Positions 13,501 through 26,777 of a DNA stretch of 64,000 bases are shown here, piece after piece. The DNA comes from Macrostomum hystrix (lineage: Eukaryota; Animalia; Platyhelminthes): positions 5,146,001 through 5,210,000 of the forward strand of contig CATNEN010000005.1 in NCBI GenBank assembly GCA_950097015.1. Direction: 5' to 3'. The notes under the pieces were generated by a model. The model worked only from the letters and a program-made list of their open reading frames with translations, searched no databases and had not been told where the DNA came from. The translations under genes and the position numbers were made by a program. The stretch's first letter is position 1. Each line of letters starts with the position of its first letter.

Positions 13501-13976
13501 TGTGTTTAGATTGTGCAGGCTTCTAACTCAGTCAGCTAGGGGGTGTTGCGCAAGTTGACGATGCAATTCCAATTCAGAGGCAGTCAGTGAAATTCTGACA
13601 AAGGGTGAGAAAAGCTATGATGCAATCTATTTAAAAATAAATTCGCACTGACTGTTTCGCCAGTGGGGTTGACGCAGTGAAATTCTTATCAGTGTACTCA
13701 ATTTAACAAAACTGGCCCTGATGCAATCATTAAAATTGGCAGTGGTATGCACGTTGACAAAACTGGCTCTGATGTAATGCATTAAAAATCCTATCTAAAA
13801 CAGTTTTTCGAATATTTAATCCCCTTAGCAATAAAGTTAGGCTTAATAAAAATACGTGTAAAATTGTCCCCATATTTGGCATCTTTTGGTGAAGAAATGG
13901 TGAAAATCGGTTGAGCCGTTCGGGAGAAAATCAATTACAAGCAACCAAGCAAGATTTTCATTTTTAGTATATAAGA
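10556..13976 (-). mobile_element. Non-autonomous Helitron unit 2 (3421 bp)
   Basis: Same termini as unit 1 with a longer 18-bp array. Confidence 0.92.
10651..12600 (+). repeat. 18-bp minisatellite array, unit 2
   Basis: Same unit; interrupted by a ~65-bp unique segment near 11745-11810. Confidence 0.97.
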
Positions 13977-16900
13977 CTAGCAAGTTTTGCCCCCCTTCGG
14001 GGAGCAGAAATACTTTTAATTCGTCTAGTATATACTTTTTAGCAGCTGAATTTACAGCTTTTTAAAGCTACAATGAACCCCCAGTTGACAATGATCCCCC
14101 GTTGATGATGATCTCCCAGTTGATGATGATCCCCCAGTTGACAATGATCCCCCAGTTGACAATGAACCCCCAGTTGACAATAATCCCCCAGTTGACAATG
14201 AACTCCCAGTTGACAATGATCCCCCAGTTGACAATGATCCCACAGTTGACAATAATCCCCCATTTGATGATGATCCCCCCGTTGATGATGATCTCCCAGT
14301 TGACAATGATCCCACAGTTGACAATGAACCCCCAGTTGACATTGATCCCCCAGTTGATGATGATCCCCCAGTTGACAACGATCCCCCTGTTGACAATGAT
14401 CCCCCAGTTGACAATGAACCCCCAGTTGACAACGATCCCCCAGTTGACAATGATCCCCCAGTTGACAATGATCCCCCAGTTGACAATGATCCCCCAGTTG
14501 ACAAAGATCCTCCAGTTCACAATGATCCCCCAGTTGATAATGACTCCCCATTGATGATGATCCCCAGTTAACAATGTTCCTCCTGTTGACAATGTTCCCC
14601 CAATTGACAATGATCCCCCAGTTTATGATGATCACCCAGTTGACAATGAACCCCCAGTTGAAAACGATCCACCAGTTGACAATGATCCCCCAGTTGACAA
14701 TGATCCCCCAGTTGACAATAATCCCCCAGTTGACAATGATCTCCCAGTTGACAATGATCCCCCAGTTGACAATGATCCCACAGTTGACAATAATCCCCCA
14801 TTTGATGATGATCCCCCCGTTGATGATGATCTCCCAGTTGACAATGATCCCACAGTTGACAATGAACCCCCAGTTGACATTGATCCCCCAGTTGATGATG
14901 ACTCCCCATTGATGATGATCCCCAGTTAACAATGTTCCTCCTGTTGACAATGTTCCCCCAATTGACAATGATCCCCCAGTTTATGATGATCACCCAGTTG
15001 ACAATGAACCCCCAGTTGAAAACGATCCACCAGTTGACAATGATCCCCCAGTTGACAATGATCCCCCAGTTGACAATGATCCCACAGTTGACAATGATCC
15101 CCCAGTTGACAAAGATCCCCCAGTTGATGATGATCACCCAGTTGACAATGATCCCCAAGTTGACCAATGGCGAAATCTGAGTTTGAATCTTGGCTTACCC
15201 AGCGTTTGAAAAGAAAAAACAACTGAGCTAGTTATCCCCCAGTTGACCATTACCCCCCAGTTGACAATGATCCCCCAGTTGACAATGACCCCCCAGTTGA
15301 CAAAGATCCCCCAGTTCACAATGATCCCCCAGTTGATGATGATCCCCCAGTTGATGATGATCCCCCAGTTGAAAATGATCCCCCAGTTGACAATGATCCC
15401 CCAGTTAAGAATGATCCCCCAGTTGACAATGATCCCACAGTTGACAATGATCCCCCAGTTGACAAAGATCCCCCAGTTCACAATGATCCCCCAGTTGATG
15501 ATGATCCCCCAGTTGATGATGATCCCCCAGTTGAAAATGATCCCCCAGTTGACAATGATCCCCCAGTTGAGAATGATCCCCCAGTTGACAATGATCCCCC
15601 AGTTGACAATGATCCCCCAGTTGATGAAGTCTCCCCATTGATGATGATCCCCAGTTAACAATGTTCCTCCAGTTGACAATGTTCCCCCAGTTGACAATGT
15701 TCCCCCAGTTGACAATGATCCCCCAGTTGATGATGATCACCCAGTTGACAATGATCCCCCAGTTGACAATGATCCCCCAGTTGACAATGATCCCCCAGTT
15801 GATGATGATCCCCCAGTTGAAAATGATCCCCCAGTTGACAATGATCCCCCAGTTGAGAATGATCCCCCAGTTGACAATGATCCCCCAGTTAACAAAGATC
15901 CCCCAGTTCACAATGATCCCCCAGTTGATGAAGTCTCCTCATTGATGATGATCCCTAGTTAACAATGTTCCTCCAGTTGACAATGATCCCCCAGTTGACA
16001 ATGATCCCCCAGTTGACAATGATTCAAACTCTGGTTTAGCCATGATTCAAACTCTGGTTTTGCCATGATTCAAACTCTGGTTTAGCCATGATTCAAACTC
16101 TGGTTAGCTATGATTCAAACTCTTGTTTTGCCATGATTCAAACTCTGGTTTAGCCATGATTCAAACTCTGGTTTAGCCCATGATTCAGACGCTGGTTTTG
16201 CCATGATTTAAACTCTGGTTTAGCCATGATTCAAACTCTGGTTTAGCCATGATTCAAACTCTGGTTTAGCCATGATTCAAACTTGGGTTTTGCCATGATT
16301 CAAACTCTGGTTTAGCCATGATTCAAACTCTGGTTTAGCCATGATTCAAACGCTGGGTTAGCCATGATTCAAACTCTGGTTTAGCCATGATTCAAACTCT
16401 GGTTTAGCCCATGATTCAGACGCTGGTTTTGCCATGATTTAAACTCTGGTTTAGCCATGATTCAAACTCTGGTTTAGCCATGATTCAAACTCTGGTTTAG
16501 CCATGATTCAAACTTGGGTTTTGCCATGATTCAAACGCTGGGTTAGCCATGATTCAAACGCTGGGTTAGCCATGATTTAAACTCTGGTTTAGCCATGATT
16601 CAAACGCTGGTTTAGCCATGATTCAAACTCTGGTTTTGCCATTCAAAAGTGAATGAAAAGTTTCCCATTTATTTAAAAAAAATGAAAAAAAAATTTTTGC
16701 ATCCATCACTACTGACTGAAAATTAGTTTAAAAGTATATTAGATTGACGCAGTGAAGAGTCGAACCAAGGACACTTCGCCTATTCCTATTCCTAGTGCCT
16801 ACACATCGGCTACTCTGACTGTTGGATTGTGGATGCAAAAATTAGACTTATAAAATGAATTCTGAAAGTTCTGGCTTTGTACAAATCGAGTACATTTTAG

Positions 16901-17398
16901 TTGTGTACATTCATTTCTAATTTGTGTTTAGATTGTGCAGGCTTCTAACTCAGTCAGCTAGGGGGTGTTGCGCAAGTTGACGATGCAATTCCAATTCAGA
17001 GGCAGTCAGTGAAATTCTGACAAAGGGTGAGAAAAGCTATGATGCAATCTATTTAAAAATAAATTCGCACTGACTGTTTCGCCAGTGGGGTTGACGCAGT
17101 GAAATTCTTATCAGTGTACTCAATTTAACAAAACTGGCCCTGATGCAATCATTAAAATTGGCAGTGGTATGCACGTTGACAAAACTGGCTCTGATGTAAT
17201 GCATTAAAAATCCTATCTAAAACAGTTTTTCGAATATTTAATCCCCTTAGCAATAAAGTTAGGCTTAATAAAAATACGTGTAAAATTGTCCCCATATTTG
17301 GCATCTTTTGGTGAAGAAATGGTGAAAATCGGTTGAGCCGTTCGGGAGAAAATCAATTACAAGCAACCAAGCAAGATTTTCATTTTTAGTATATAAGA
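13977..17398 (-). mobile_element. Non-autonomous Helitron unit 3 (3422 bp), near-identical to unit 2
   Basis: ORF track repeats exactly at +3421; the only visible difference is one extra A in a homopolymer near 16685. Confidence 0.92.
14072..16022 (+). repeat. 18-bp minisatellite array, unit 3
   Basis: Copy of the unit 2 array. Confidence 0.97.
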
Positions 17399-17493
17399 CT
17401 AGCAAGTTTTGCCCCCCTTCGGGGAGCAGAAATACTTTTAATTCGTCTAGTATATACTTTTTAGCAGCTGAATTTACAGCTTTTTAAAGCTAC

Positions 17494-20400
17494 AATGAAC
17501 CCCCAGTTGACAATGATCCCCCGTTGATGATGATCTCCCAGTTGATGATGATCCCCCAGTTGACAATGATCCCCCAGTTGACAATGAACCCCCAGTTGAC
17601 AATAATCCCCCAGTTGACAATGAACTCCCAGTTGACAATGATCCCCCAGTTGACAATGATCCCACAGTTGACAATAATCCCCCATTTGATGATGATCCCC
17701 CCGTTGATGATGATCTCCCAGTTGACAATGATCCCACAGTTGACAATGAACCCCCAGTTGACATTGATCCCCCAGTTGATGATGATCCCCCAGTTGACAA
17801 CGATCCCCCTGTTGACAATGATCCCCCAGTTGACAATGAACCCCCAGTTGACAACGATCCCCCAGTTGACAATGATCCCCCAGTTGACAATGATCCCCCA
17901 GTTGACAATGATCCCCCAGTTGACAAAGATCCTCCAGTTCACAATGATCCCCCAGTTGATAATGACTCCCCATTGATGATGATCCCCAGTTAACAATGTT
18001 CCTCCTGTTGACAATGTTCCCCCAATTGACAATGATCCCCCAGTTTATGATGATCACCCAGTTGACAATGAACCCCCAGTTGAAAACGATCCACCAGTTG
18101 ACAATGATCCCCCAGTTGACAATGATCCCCCAGTTGACAATAATCCCCCAGTTGACAATGATCTCCCAGTTGACAATGATCCCCCAGTTGACAATGATCC
18201 CACAGTTGACAATAATCCCCCATTTGATGATGATCCCCCCGTTGATGATGATCTCCCAGTTGACAATGATCCCACAGTTGACAATGAACCCCCAGTTGAC
18301 ATTGATCCCCCAGTTGATGATGACTCCCCATTGATGATGATCCCCAGTTAACAATGTTCCTCCTGTTGACAATGTTCCCCCAATTGACAATGATCCCCCA
18401 GTTTATGATGATCACCCAGTTGACAATGAACCCCCAGTTGAAAACGATCCACCAGTTGACAATGATCCCCCAGTTGACAATGATCCCCCAGTTGACAATG
18501 ATCCCACAGTTGACAATGATCCCCCAGTTGACAAAGATCCCCCAGTTGATGATGATCACCCAGTTGACAATGATCCCCAAGTTGACCAATGGCGAAATCT
18601 GAGTTTGAATCTTGGCTTACCCAGCGTTTGAAAAGAAAAAACAACTGAGCTAGTTATCCCCCAGTTGACCATTACCCCCCAGTTGACAATGATCCCCCAG
18701 TTGACAATGATCCCCCAGTTGACAATGATCCCGCCGGTTGACAATGATCCCACAGTTGACAATGAACCCCCAGTTGATGATGATCTCCCAGTTGATGATG
18801 ATCCCCAGTTGATGATGATCACCCAGTTGACAATGATCCCCAAGTTGACCATGATCCCTCATTTGATGATGATTCCCCAGTTGACAATTATCCCCCAGTT
18901 GACAATGATCCCCCAGTTGACAAAGATCCTCCAGTTCACAATGATCCCCCAGTTGATGATGACTCCCCATTGATGATGATCCCCAGTTAACAATGTTCCT
19001 CCTGTTGACAATGTTCCCCCAATTGACAATGATTCCCCAGTTTATGATGATCACCCAGTTGACAATGAACCCCCAGTTGAAAACGATCTACCAGTTGACA
19101 ATGATCCCCCAGTTGACAATGATCCCCCAGTTGACAATAATCCCCCAGTTGACAATGATCTCCCAGTTGACAATGATCCCCCAGTTGACAATGATCCCAC
19201 AGTTGACAATAATCCCCCATTTGATGATGATCCCCCCGTTGATGATGATCTCCCAGTTGACAATGATCCCACAGTTGACAATGAACCCCCAGTTGACATT
19301 GATCCCCCAGTTGATGATGACTCCCCATTGATGATGATCCCCAGTTAACAATGTTCCTCCTGTTGACAATGTTCCCCCAATTGACAATGATTCCCCAGTT
19401 TATGATGATCACCCAGTTGACAATGAACCCCCAGTTGAAAACGATCTACCAGTTGACAATGATCCCCCAGTTGACAATGATCCCCCAGTTGACAATAATC
19501 CCCCAGTTGACAATGATCTCCCAGTTGACAATGATCCCCCAGTTGACAATGATCCCACAGTTGACAATAATCCCCCATTTGATGATGATCCCCCCGTTGA
19601 TGATGATCTCCCAGTTGACAATGATCCCACAGTTGACAATGAACCCCCAGTTGACATTGATCCCCCAGTTGATGATGATCCCCCAGTTGACAACGATCCC
19701 CCTGTTGACAATGATCCCCCAGTTGACAATGAACCCCCAGTTGACAACGATCCCCCAGTTGACAATGATCCCCCAGTTGACAATGATCCCCCAGTTGACA
19801 ATGATCCCCCAGTTGACAAAGATCCTCCAGTTCACAATGATCCCCCAGTTGATAATGACTCCCCATTGATGATGATCCCCAGTTAACAATGTTCCTCCTG
19901 TTGACAATGTTCCCCCAATTGACAATGATCCCCCAGTTTATGATGATCACCCAGTTGACAATGAACCCCCAGTTGAAAACGATCCACCAGTTGACAATGA
20001 TCCCCCAGTTGACAATGATCCCCCAGTTGACAATAATCCCCCAGTTGACAATGATCTCCCAGTTGACAATGATCCCCCAGTTGACAATGATCCCACAGTT
20101 GACAATAATCCCCCATTTGATGATGATCCCCCCGTTGATGATGATCTCCCAGTTGACAATGATCCCACAGTTGACAATGAACCCCCAGTTGACATTGATC
20201 CCCCAGTTGATGATGACTCCCCATTGATGATGATCCCCAGTTAACAATGTTCCTCCTGTTGACAATGTTCCCCCAATTGACAATGATCCCCCAGTTTATG
20301 ATGATCACCCAGTTGACAATGAACCCCCAGTTGAAAACGATCCACCAGTTGACAATGATCCCCCAGTTGACAATGATCCCCCAGTTGACAATGATCCCAC

Positions 20401-21800
20401 AGTTGACAATGATCCCCCAGTTGACAAAGATCCCCCAGTTGATGATGATCACCCAGTTGACAATGATCCCCAAGTTGACCAATGGCGAAATCTGAGTTTG
20501 AATCTTGGCTTACCCAGCGTTTGAAAAGAAAAAACAACTGAGCTAGTTATCCCCCAGTTGACCATTACCCCCCAGTTGACAATGATCCCCCAGTTGACAA
20601 TGATCCCCCAGTTGACAATGATCCCGCCGGTTGACAATGATCCCACAGTTGACAATGAACCCCCAGTTGATGATGATCCCCCAGTTGATGATGATCCCCA
20701 GTTGATGATGATCACCCAGTTGACAATGATCCCCAAGTTGACCATGATCCCTCATTTGATGATGATTCCCCAGTTGACAATTATCCCCCAGTTGACAATG
20801 ATCCCCCAGTTGACAAAGATCCTCCAGTTCACAATGATCCCCCAGTTGATGATGACTCCCCATTGATGATGATCCCCAGTTAACAATGTTCCTCCTGTTG
20901 ACAATGTTCCCCCAATTGACAATGATTCCCCAGTTTATGATGATCACCCAGTTGACAATGAACCCCCAGTTGAAAACGATCTACCAGTTGACAATGATCC
21001 CCCAGTTGACAATGATCCCCCAGTTGACAATAATCCCCCAGTTGACAATGATCTCCCAGTTGACAATGATCCCCCAGTTGACAATGATCCCACAGTTGAC
21101 AATAATCCCCCATTTGATGATGATCCCCCCGTTGATGATGATCTCCCAGTTGACAATGATCCCACAGTTGACAATGAACCCCCAGTTGACATTGATCCCC
21201 CAGTTGATGATGATCCCCCAGTTGACAACGATCCCCCTGTTTACAATGATCCCCCAGTTGACAATGAACCCCCAGTTGACAACGATCCCCCAGTTGACAA
21301 TGATCCCCCAGTTGACAATGATCCCCCAGTTGACAATGATCCCCCAGTTGACAATGATCCCCCAGTTGACAAAGATCCCCCAGTTGATGATGATCACCCA
21401 GTTGACAATGATCCCCAAGTTGACCAATGGCGAAATCTGAGTTTGAATCTTGGCTTACCCAGCGTTTGAAAAATCAACGTCAACTGGGGAGTCATCATCA
21501 AAATGGGGATCATGGTAAACTGGGGGATAATCGTCAACTGGGGGATCATGGTAAACTGGGGGATAATTGTCAACTGGGGAATCATCATCAAATGGGGGAT
21601 CATGGTCAACTTGGGGATCATTGTCAACTGGGTGATCATCATCAACTGGGGATCATCATCAACTGGGGGATCATCATCAACTGGGGGTTCATTGTCAACT
21701 GTGGGATCATTGTCAACCGGCGGGATCATTGTCAACTGGGGGCTCATTGTCAACTGGGGGATCATTGTCAACTGGGGGGTAATGGTCAACTGGGGGATAA
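17494..21800. repeat. Expanded 18-bp minisatellite with higher-order repeats and a terminal inverted block (~21477-21800)
   Basis: The marker segment recurs at ~18590, ~20480 and ~21425; after ~21477 the repeats read TGGGGGATCATTGTCAAC (reverse orientation). Confidence 0.95.
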
Positions 21801-22125
21801 CTAGCTGCCCTTCGCTACCCTCTGGGTAGCCTACCTTGAGTTCTTATCAGTGCGTTATCAAAATTGGCTCTGATGCAATCATTAAAATTGGCACTGGAGG
21901 CCTCACTGTGCACAAGCTGAAAACAAGAATGCATTAGAAAAGCCTATTTAAAACTGTTTTTCGAATATTTAATCCCCTTGGCAATGGAATTAAGCTTAAT
22001 AAAAATACGTGTACCGATTCCGGCCCATTTGTGATCTTTTGGCGAAGGAATTGTGAAAATCGGTTGAGCCGTTCGGGAGCTAGTCGATTGCAAGCAAGCA
22101 AGATTTTCATTTTTAGTATATTAGA
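21801..22125 (-). mobile_element. 325-bp mini-Helitron of a related subfamily, forming the 5' end of unit 4
   Basis: 5' TCTAATATACTAAAAATGAAAATC; its own 3' hairpin GCTACCC-AGA-GGGTAGC (21814-21830), 9 nt, then CTAG (21801-21804) followed by T. Confidence 0.75.
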
Positions 22126-22937
22126 CTAGCAAGTTTTGCCCCCCTTCGGGGAGCAGAAATAATTAATATTCGTCTAATATATACCTTTTAGCAGGAGTAC
22201 TTTAAGTGTCTTTCTTAAGCTTAAGGTTAAAATATGAATTTTTGGAGATCGTTAATAACGCATTTTAGGTAAAACAAAACTATCAACTTTTTACAGTTTT
22301 TTAGTTTAGAGCTCTGTATATGTCAACGTATTTGATAAAAATTATCTTATTTATTTTATTCATAAAACTGTTAAGAGCACTTTTTTAGTTGTTACTTAAA
22401 ATAAATCAAATGTTATTCCAAGAAATTGCGACTTTCCGAGAAATTACTTGCTTTATTCCGATTTTCTTGTTGCTTGTATTGCTCATGTCGTCATGTGTAC
22501 TACAGTTTTATACACATCCCGAGAAATTTTTTACTTTCTTCATTTGTAAGTGAATTTCTTAGCCCTGCTCATCGTACTAACTGCGACTGCAATGTTCCGA
22601 ACAATAAGTAGCTCAGCATTGCAACTATTGCCCTTGATTGAGGCAATAAATGACTTAAAGAGTCAGTTCAATGCAGCTATCTCATTGTGAATGGACTTTG
22701 CAAAAGCAACTGGAGCTACATCCTTCGACCTTTGGTTTGACACTTTTAATAAAGCTAACATAGGCTATATATAGGCATGATATATGATATATATTATCAT
22801 GCTAAATTCCCCCTTTCTTTTCTAGTCGCACTCCTCAGCAGACTTCTCTTTTCTTATATGCCTCATACACATTGTCAAATCTTATTTTGAATCAAATCCT
22901 ATATGACATAAAAGTCTATTTCAAATTAGATCCCATT

Positions 22938-24050
22938 TTGATAGTTCAAAATGGTTAGCTAATATCAATGGCTAATTAAGTATCAATGGATCAATTTCTA
23001 ATCTCCTTTCTTTTTCTTAATGATTCCAGTTGTGATCAGATCCTATTTCTCATCTGACCTCTTTTCTTAGTAATCCATTTTGTATCATTCTTCATTATAA
23101 ATGCATGCCTGACAATTTATCTTTTAAAATAGAATAAGGCAGGTACCAGGTGTGCAGATTCATGAATCATGGGACTGGTCTTTGTCCACTGAAACATTTT
23201 TTGTATTTCTTCAATTGCAAAACACATTGAAAACAACAAAACAACAACAATTGAGTGAGCATCTGACAAATTTATTATTATACAAATACATATCATTATG
23301 ACGTTATAAGAAAACAAACTCCAAATGTAGAGAATTCAGTTCAATGAAAAAAGAAAGAATTGCATTGCACCTAAAAATATTACCCACAAACAGTAAACAT
23401 GATGAACTTGCAGAAGGCTCCGCCAACAAGACAGTATCATTGCACAGGTCATTGCATTTGACTGCAAGAATAATGGTGTCAATCCTACTGCTTGTTGGCT
23501 TGCTTTACTCTGCACTGCTGGTCAGAGGCATTCACTGGGGCAAGTTAAGTTCACGCACTCAACGTCACACAAAAAGCTTAGCTATCACAAGAGTCTCTAG
23601 GTTTGCTGAAGCTGCTTCAAACCTCTCATGGCTGCATACCCTCAGTTTTAGAGTGGAAGAACCTCTGAATCGTGATAAGCAGCGAACACGTTATTTCAAC
23701 CACAATCTCAAGGCCCATTGATATGCAGCCAACCTGCTATATATTCACCTAATATTTACCTACATTAATTTCACTATTACTTATTAACTTTCATGGCACA
23801 ACTAAATTGGGATCCGATTGTATCCGATCCTATTCTGGTTTGCCTTGATCTCAATCTAGTTATGCGAGGATCTCAATTTAGTTATGCAATAATCCCATTT
23901 TAGTTACGCCAAAAGATCCCAATTTAGCTAAGCAATGATCTCAGTTCTATTATGCAATGAACCCAATTTAGCTAAGCAATGATCTCAGTTCTGTTACGCC
24001 ACAAACAAAATTTAGCTAAGCAATGATCTCAGTTCTGTTATGCTATGAAC
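22938..24050. repeat. ~1.1-kb internal direct duplication, second copy at 27267-28350
   Basis: Offset 4329; ORFs 23117-23317/27446-27646 and 23344-23721/27673-28050 are near-identical. Confidence 0.95.
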
Positions 24051-24335
24051 CCAATTTAGCTAAGCAAAAAAATGATCTCACTTCTATTATGGAATAAACC
24101 CAATTTAGCTAAGCAAAATGATCTCACTTCTGTTATGCCACAAACACAATTTAGCTAAGCAATGATCTCAGTTCTATTATGCCACAAACACAATTTAGCT
24201 AAGCAATGATCTCAGTTCTATTATGCCACAAACACAATTTAGCTAAGCAATGATCTCCGTTCTGTTATGCCACAAACACAATTTAGCTAAGCAATGATCT
24301 CAGTTCTGTTATGCAATGAACCCAATTTAGCTAAT
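23920..24335 (+). repeat. 44-bp minisatellite (CAATTTAGCTAAGCAATGATCTCAGTTCTATTATGCCACAAACA)n; second array ~28260-28840
   Basis: Period 44 (e.g. 24147 to 24191). Confidence 0.9.
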
Positions 24336-24563
24336 CATTTTGCTCAGCTAATCCCTGATCCCAATTCCATTATGATCCCATCTAATTTGAATTTATTAGG
24401 TGAATAAAGCAGGATTTGCCTGATATGTCTCATCGGGCCATTTTATACATATCAGGAGAAACTGCTTGTGATCACTATTAAACACAGATAATGCGACACT
24501 GGCAGACAAACATGTACACAAGCAATACTCACGTTAATTGCATCTTCATTAGTCTTTCAAGTC

Positions 24564-25956
24564 TTACTCGTCCATGTAATCATGTGATGGTCCAGGCTTC
24601 TCGGACACATTGGGCGCCTTAGGGGTTGACATAGCCGGTATCTGCTGACTCCTGTAGATTTGATCTCGAGAAAAAGTCACCTGTGAAAGGAAATTTATAT
24701 ATACCTAATTAATTTTTTTTATTGTTTTTTAAATGCATAAACGTAATCTTTAGAGACAAAAGGCCTCATCGAACCAGTTAATAATGAATCTAAGCAGTCA
24801 ATCACCTAATGCTTCTTTATAGTAGGTTCTCTGACATCATGTTACTATTTAACCCACACGAAATAAAATCAACTTACCTCTTTGTCCCCAAATCGCACTC
24901 TAATTCTTCGCACCTCATCGAATTGGTTGAACATTCGCTCTGGGTACTGCAATACCATTTCGTCGTCACGGATAGCATTTTTCTCCCGCTGGGAGCTTTG
25001 CGTCACGCGTAGCTCCTCGAAGCACTGTTGGCTAGAAACCGCATCCTTGTACCACTGGGTAATGTCGGAGACATCAGCAGAGTCTTCTGGCCAATGCTGA
25101 ATTTCCGCTTTCGAACATCCGAGACTGATTGTCTGAGAATATTCCTGGACTTGAGCACCATGAATCGCTAGAACGTCGCCCACAGACCAGTCATTCACTT
25201 GGGCAGTAGAGCTGGACCAAAATGTGCACGACACGGAGGACCCAGACTGATCAACAAGCGTCACTTTCGCCAGGTTGACAAGTTTTCCGGAACCGGTTTT
25301 AACTTCCGTTGGTTTCTGGACAGCAGAAATCGTGCCATAGACGTTAACATTCCTGAGATATGTGAGGCAAAGGGTGAATTTACAAGAATGCATTAACTCA
25401 TTCACTAAGCAACTTCACTGACTGATTTAAATAAGTTTTCCTAGAAATAATTGGCTAACCTAACAATTAGTGCGAATAAATATTCCAAATCCTTTCCATT
25501 TATTTTTAACAATTGCAACAAGTTAACTTACATTTTCATTTCACAGTCCGAAATCTCTTTTATCTTCTTATAGCCCGGTGCACGTCGAGTGACGGTCTCG
25601 AGGGTCCTCACAATGGTTCCACTTTGGTCAATTGAAACTGTTAGCTCGTGCTCATTGTCCGTAGTGCTGTACCTGGGATCCGCCTTCTTCACCCAGCCGC
25701 CGGATATGCGGACGGCGACGCCCTCACGACACACCTCCAGGAAAGGCTTAAGATCCTTTCCGAACACGCTTACACGTATATCGCCGGTGTCGTCACAGAG
25801 GATAAAGGAAAACACTTGGCCTGGTCCTCTTTTGCCTTCAAAGTCCTTGATTTTGGACAGCCTCATTACGAGGCCAACGATTGCAGCGTGCATCAGGCCC
25901 GGAAGCAGAGCAGAGATACACGCTTTGCTTTTCTTGGCTCCTTCGGTTGACTCCAT
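24564..25956 (-). CDS. RPA70-like ssDNA-binding protein with two OB folds (DBD-A/DBD-B-like), 338 aa, 3 exons: 25956-25532, 25352-24878, 24680-24564
   Basis: GT-AG introns join in frame (425+475+117 nt). OB1: GQVFSFILCDDTGDIRVSVFG...RISGGWVKKADPRYSTTDNEHELTV. OB2: VNVYG...VTLVDQSGSSVSCTFW...VLAIHGAQVQEY...ITQWY. Both match the RPA1 DBD-A/B pattern from memory. Confidence 0.88.
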
Positions 25957-26777
25957 ATTGCTCGATTGATAGTTGTCAAAAATATGGATTATAAAAATTT
26001 CACTGATAAGGTCTTTACGGCTTGTGGTTTGATAGTTTTAGCATCAAGGCCAATTGTGCCAGTTTATATTTCAGCATTTCGGACAACCCCAACTGTGATG
26101 ACTCATGCCAATAGAGGGTGCCATGTAAAGATCAATAATTAGATCTGGCTAACCAATCAGAGAGAGTTTTGTTCTAAAATTTCTAATCCACCCACTGGGC
26201 TACTTGTTGTGGATTGCCTTAGCTTTTACGTTCTTTCTTTATGTACAGTGTGGGGTGTCAAAGTCGAGTGTGGTGCGACTTGTTATGTAATCTGTTTTCG
26301 ACACACTTCAATAATAGGACACCAAAAACATCTTATATCTACAGTGTAATTGGGGTGCAAGTGCGGCGTGTGGCTATAATGAGGCTAAAAATAGAGGGTT
26401 TCAAGTCAGCCAATAGCAGTTAGGTGCATTCAATAAAAGTTATTTCATTAAAGTGCCACCGCAAGCCCCAACCTAGCGAGACTTTTCAGTAATCATCACA
26501 AACAGCTAAAGCCTCATGAAGCTCACCAATGAAGCCTTACCCAATTTTAACTGGGGTTGGGGTGGCCCTAAGCTGGAATTCATTTTTGCCCAAGCTGAAA
26601 CGGGCTTTAAAAAATGAATTGAGTTTCGATTGGTTTACAAACCAATCTCGCTAATCCTTGGCTTGGCTTGAGTGAGCGCATATAAACCAGAGTGAGCGTA
26701 CGTCAGGTCGCAAACCATTAAGAATTCTATTCAACCAATCTATTCTACAACGTCTACAACTCGAATTCGTCTACAAT

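Larger units (their letters stand above)
17399..22125 (-). mobile_element. Composite non-autonomous Helitron unit 4 (4727 bp)
   Basis: Same 3' end as units 1-3, an expanded 18-bp array with an inverted block, no 23-bp array, and a different 5' segment. Confidence 0.85.

Noticed and set aside
8354-21829. Dozens of ORFs of (LTMIPQ)n, (GIIVNW)n, (QLGDHC)n and (STGGSL)n type
   Set aside because: They are reading frames of an 18-bp minisatellite that happens to lack stops; they are open in several frames and both strands inside non-autonomous Helitrons.
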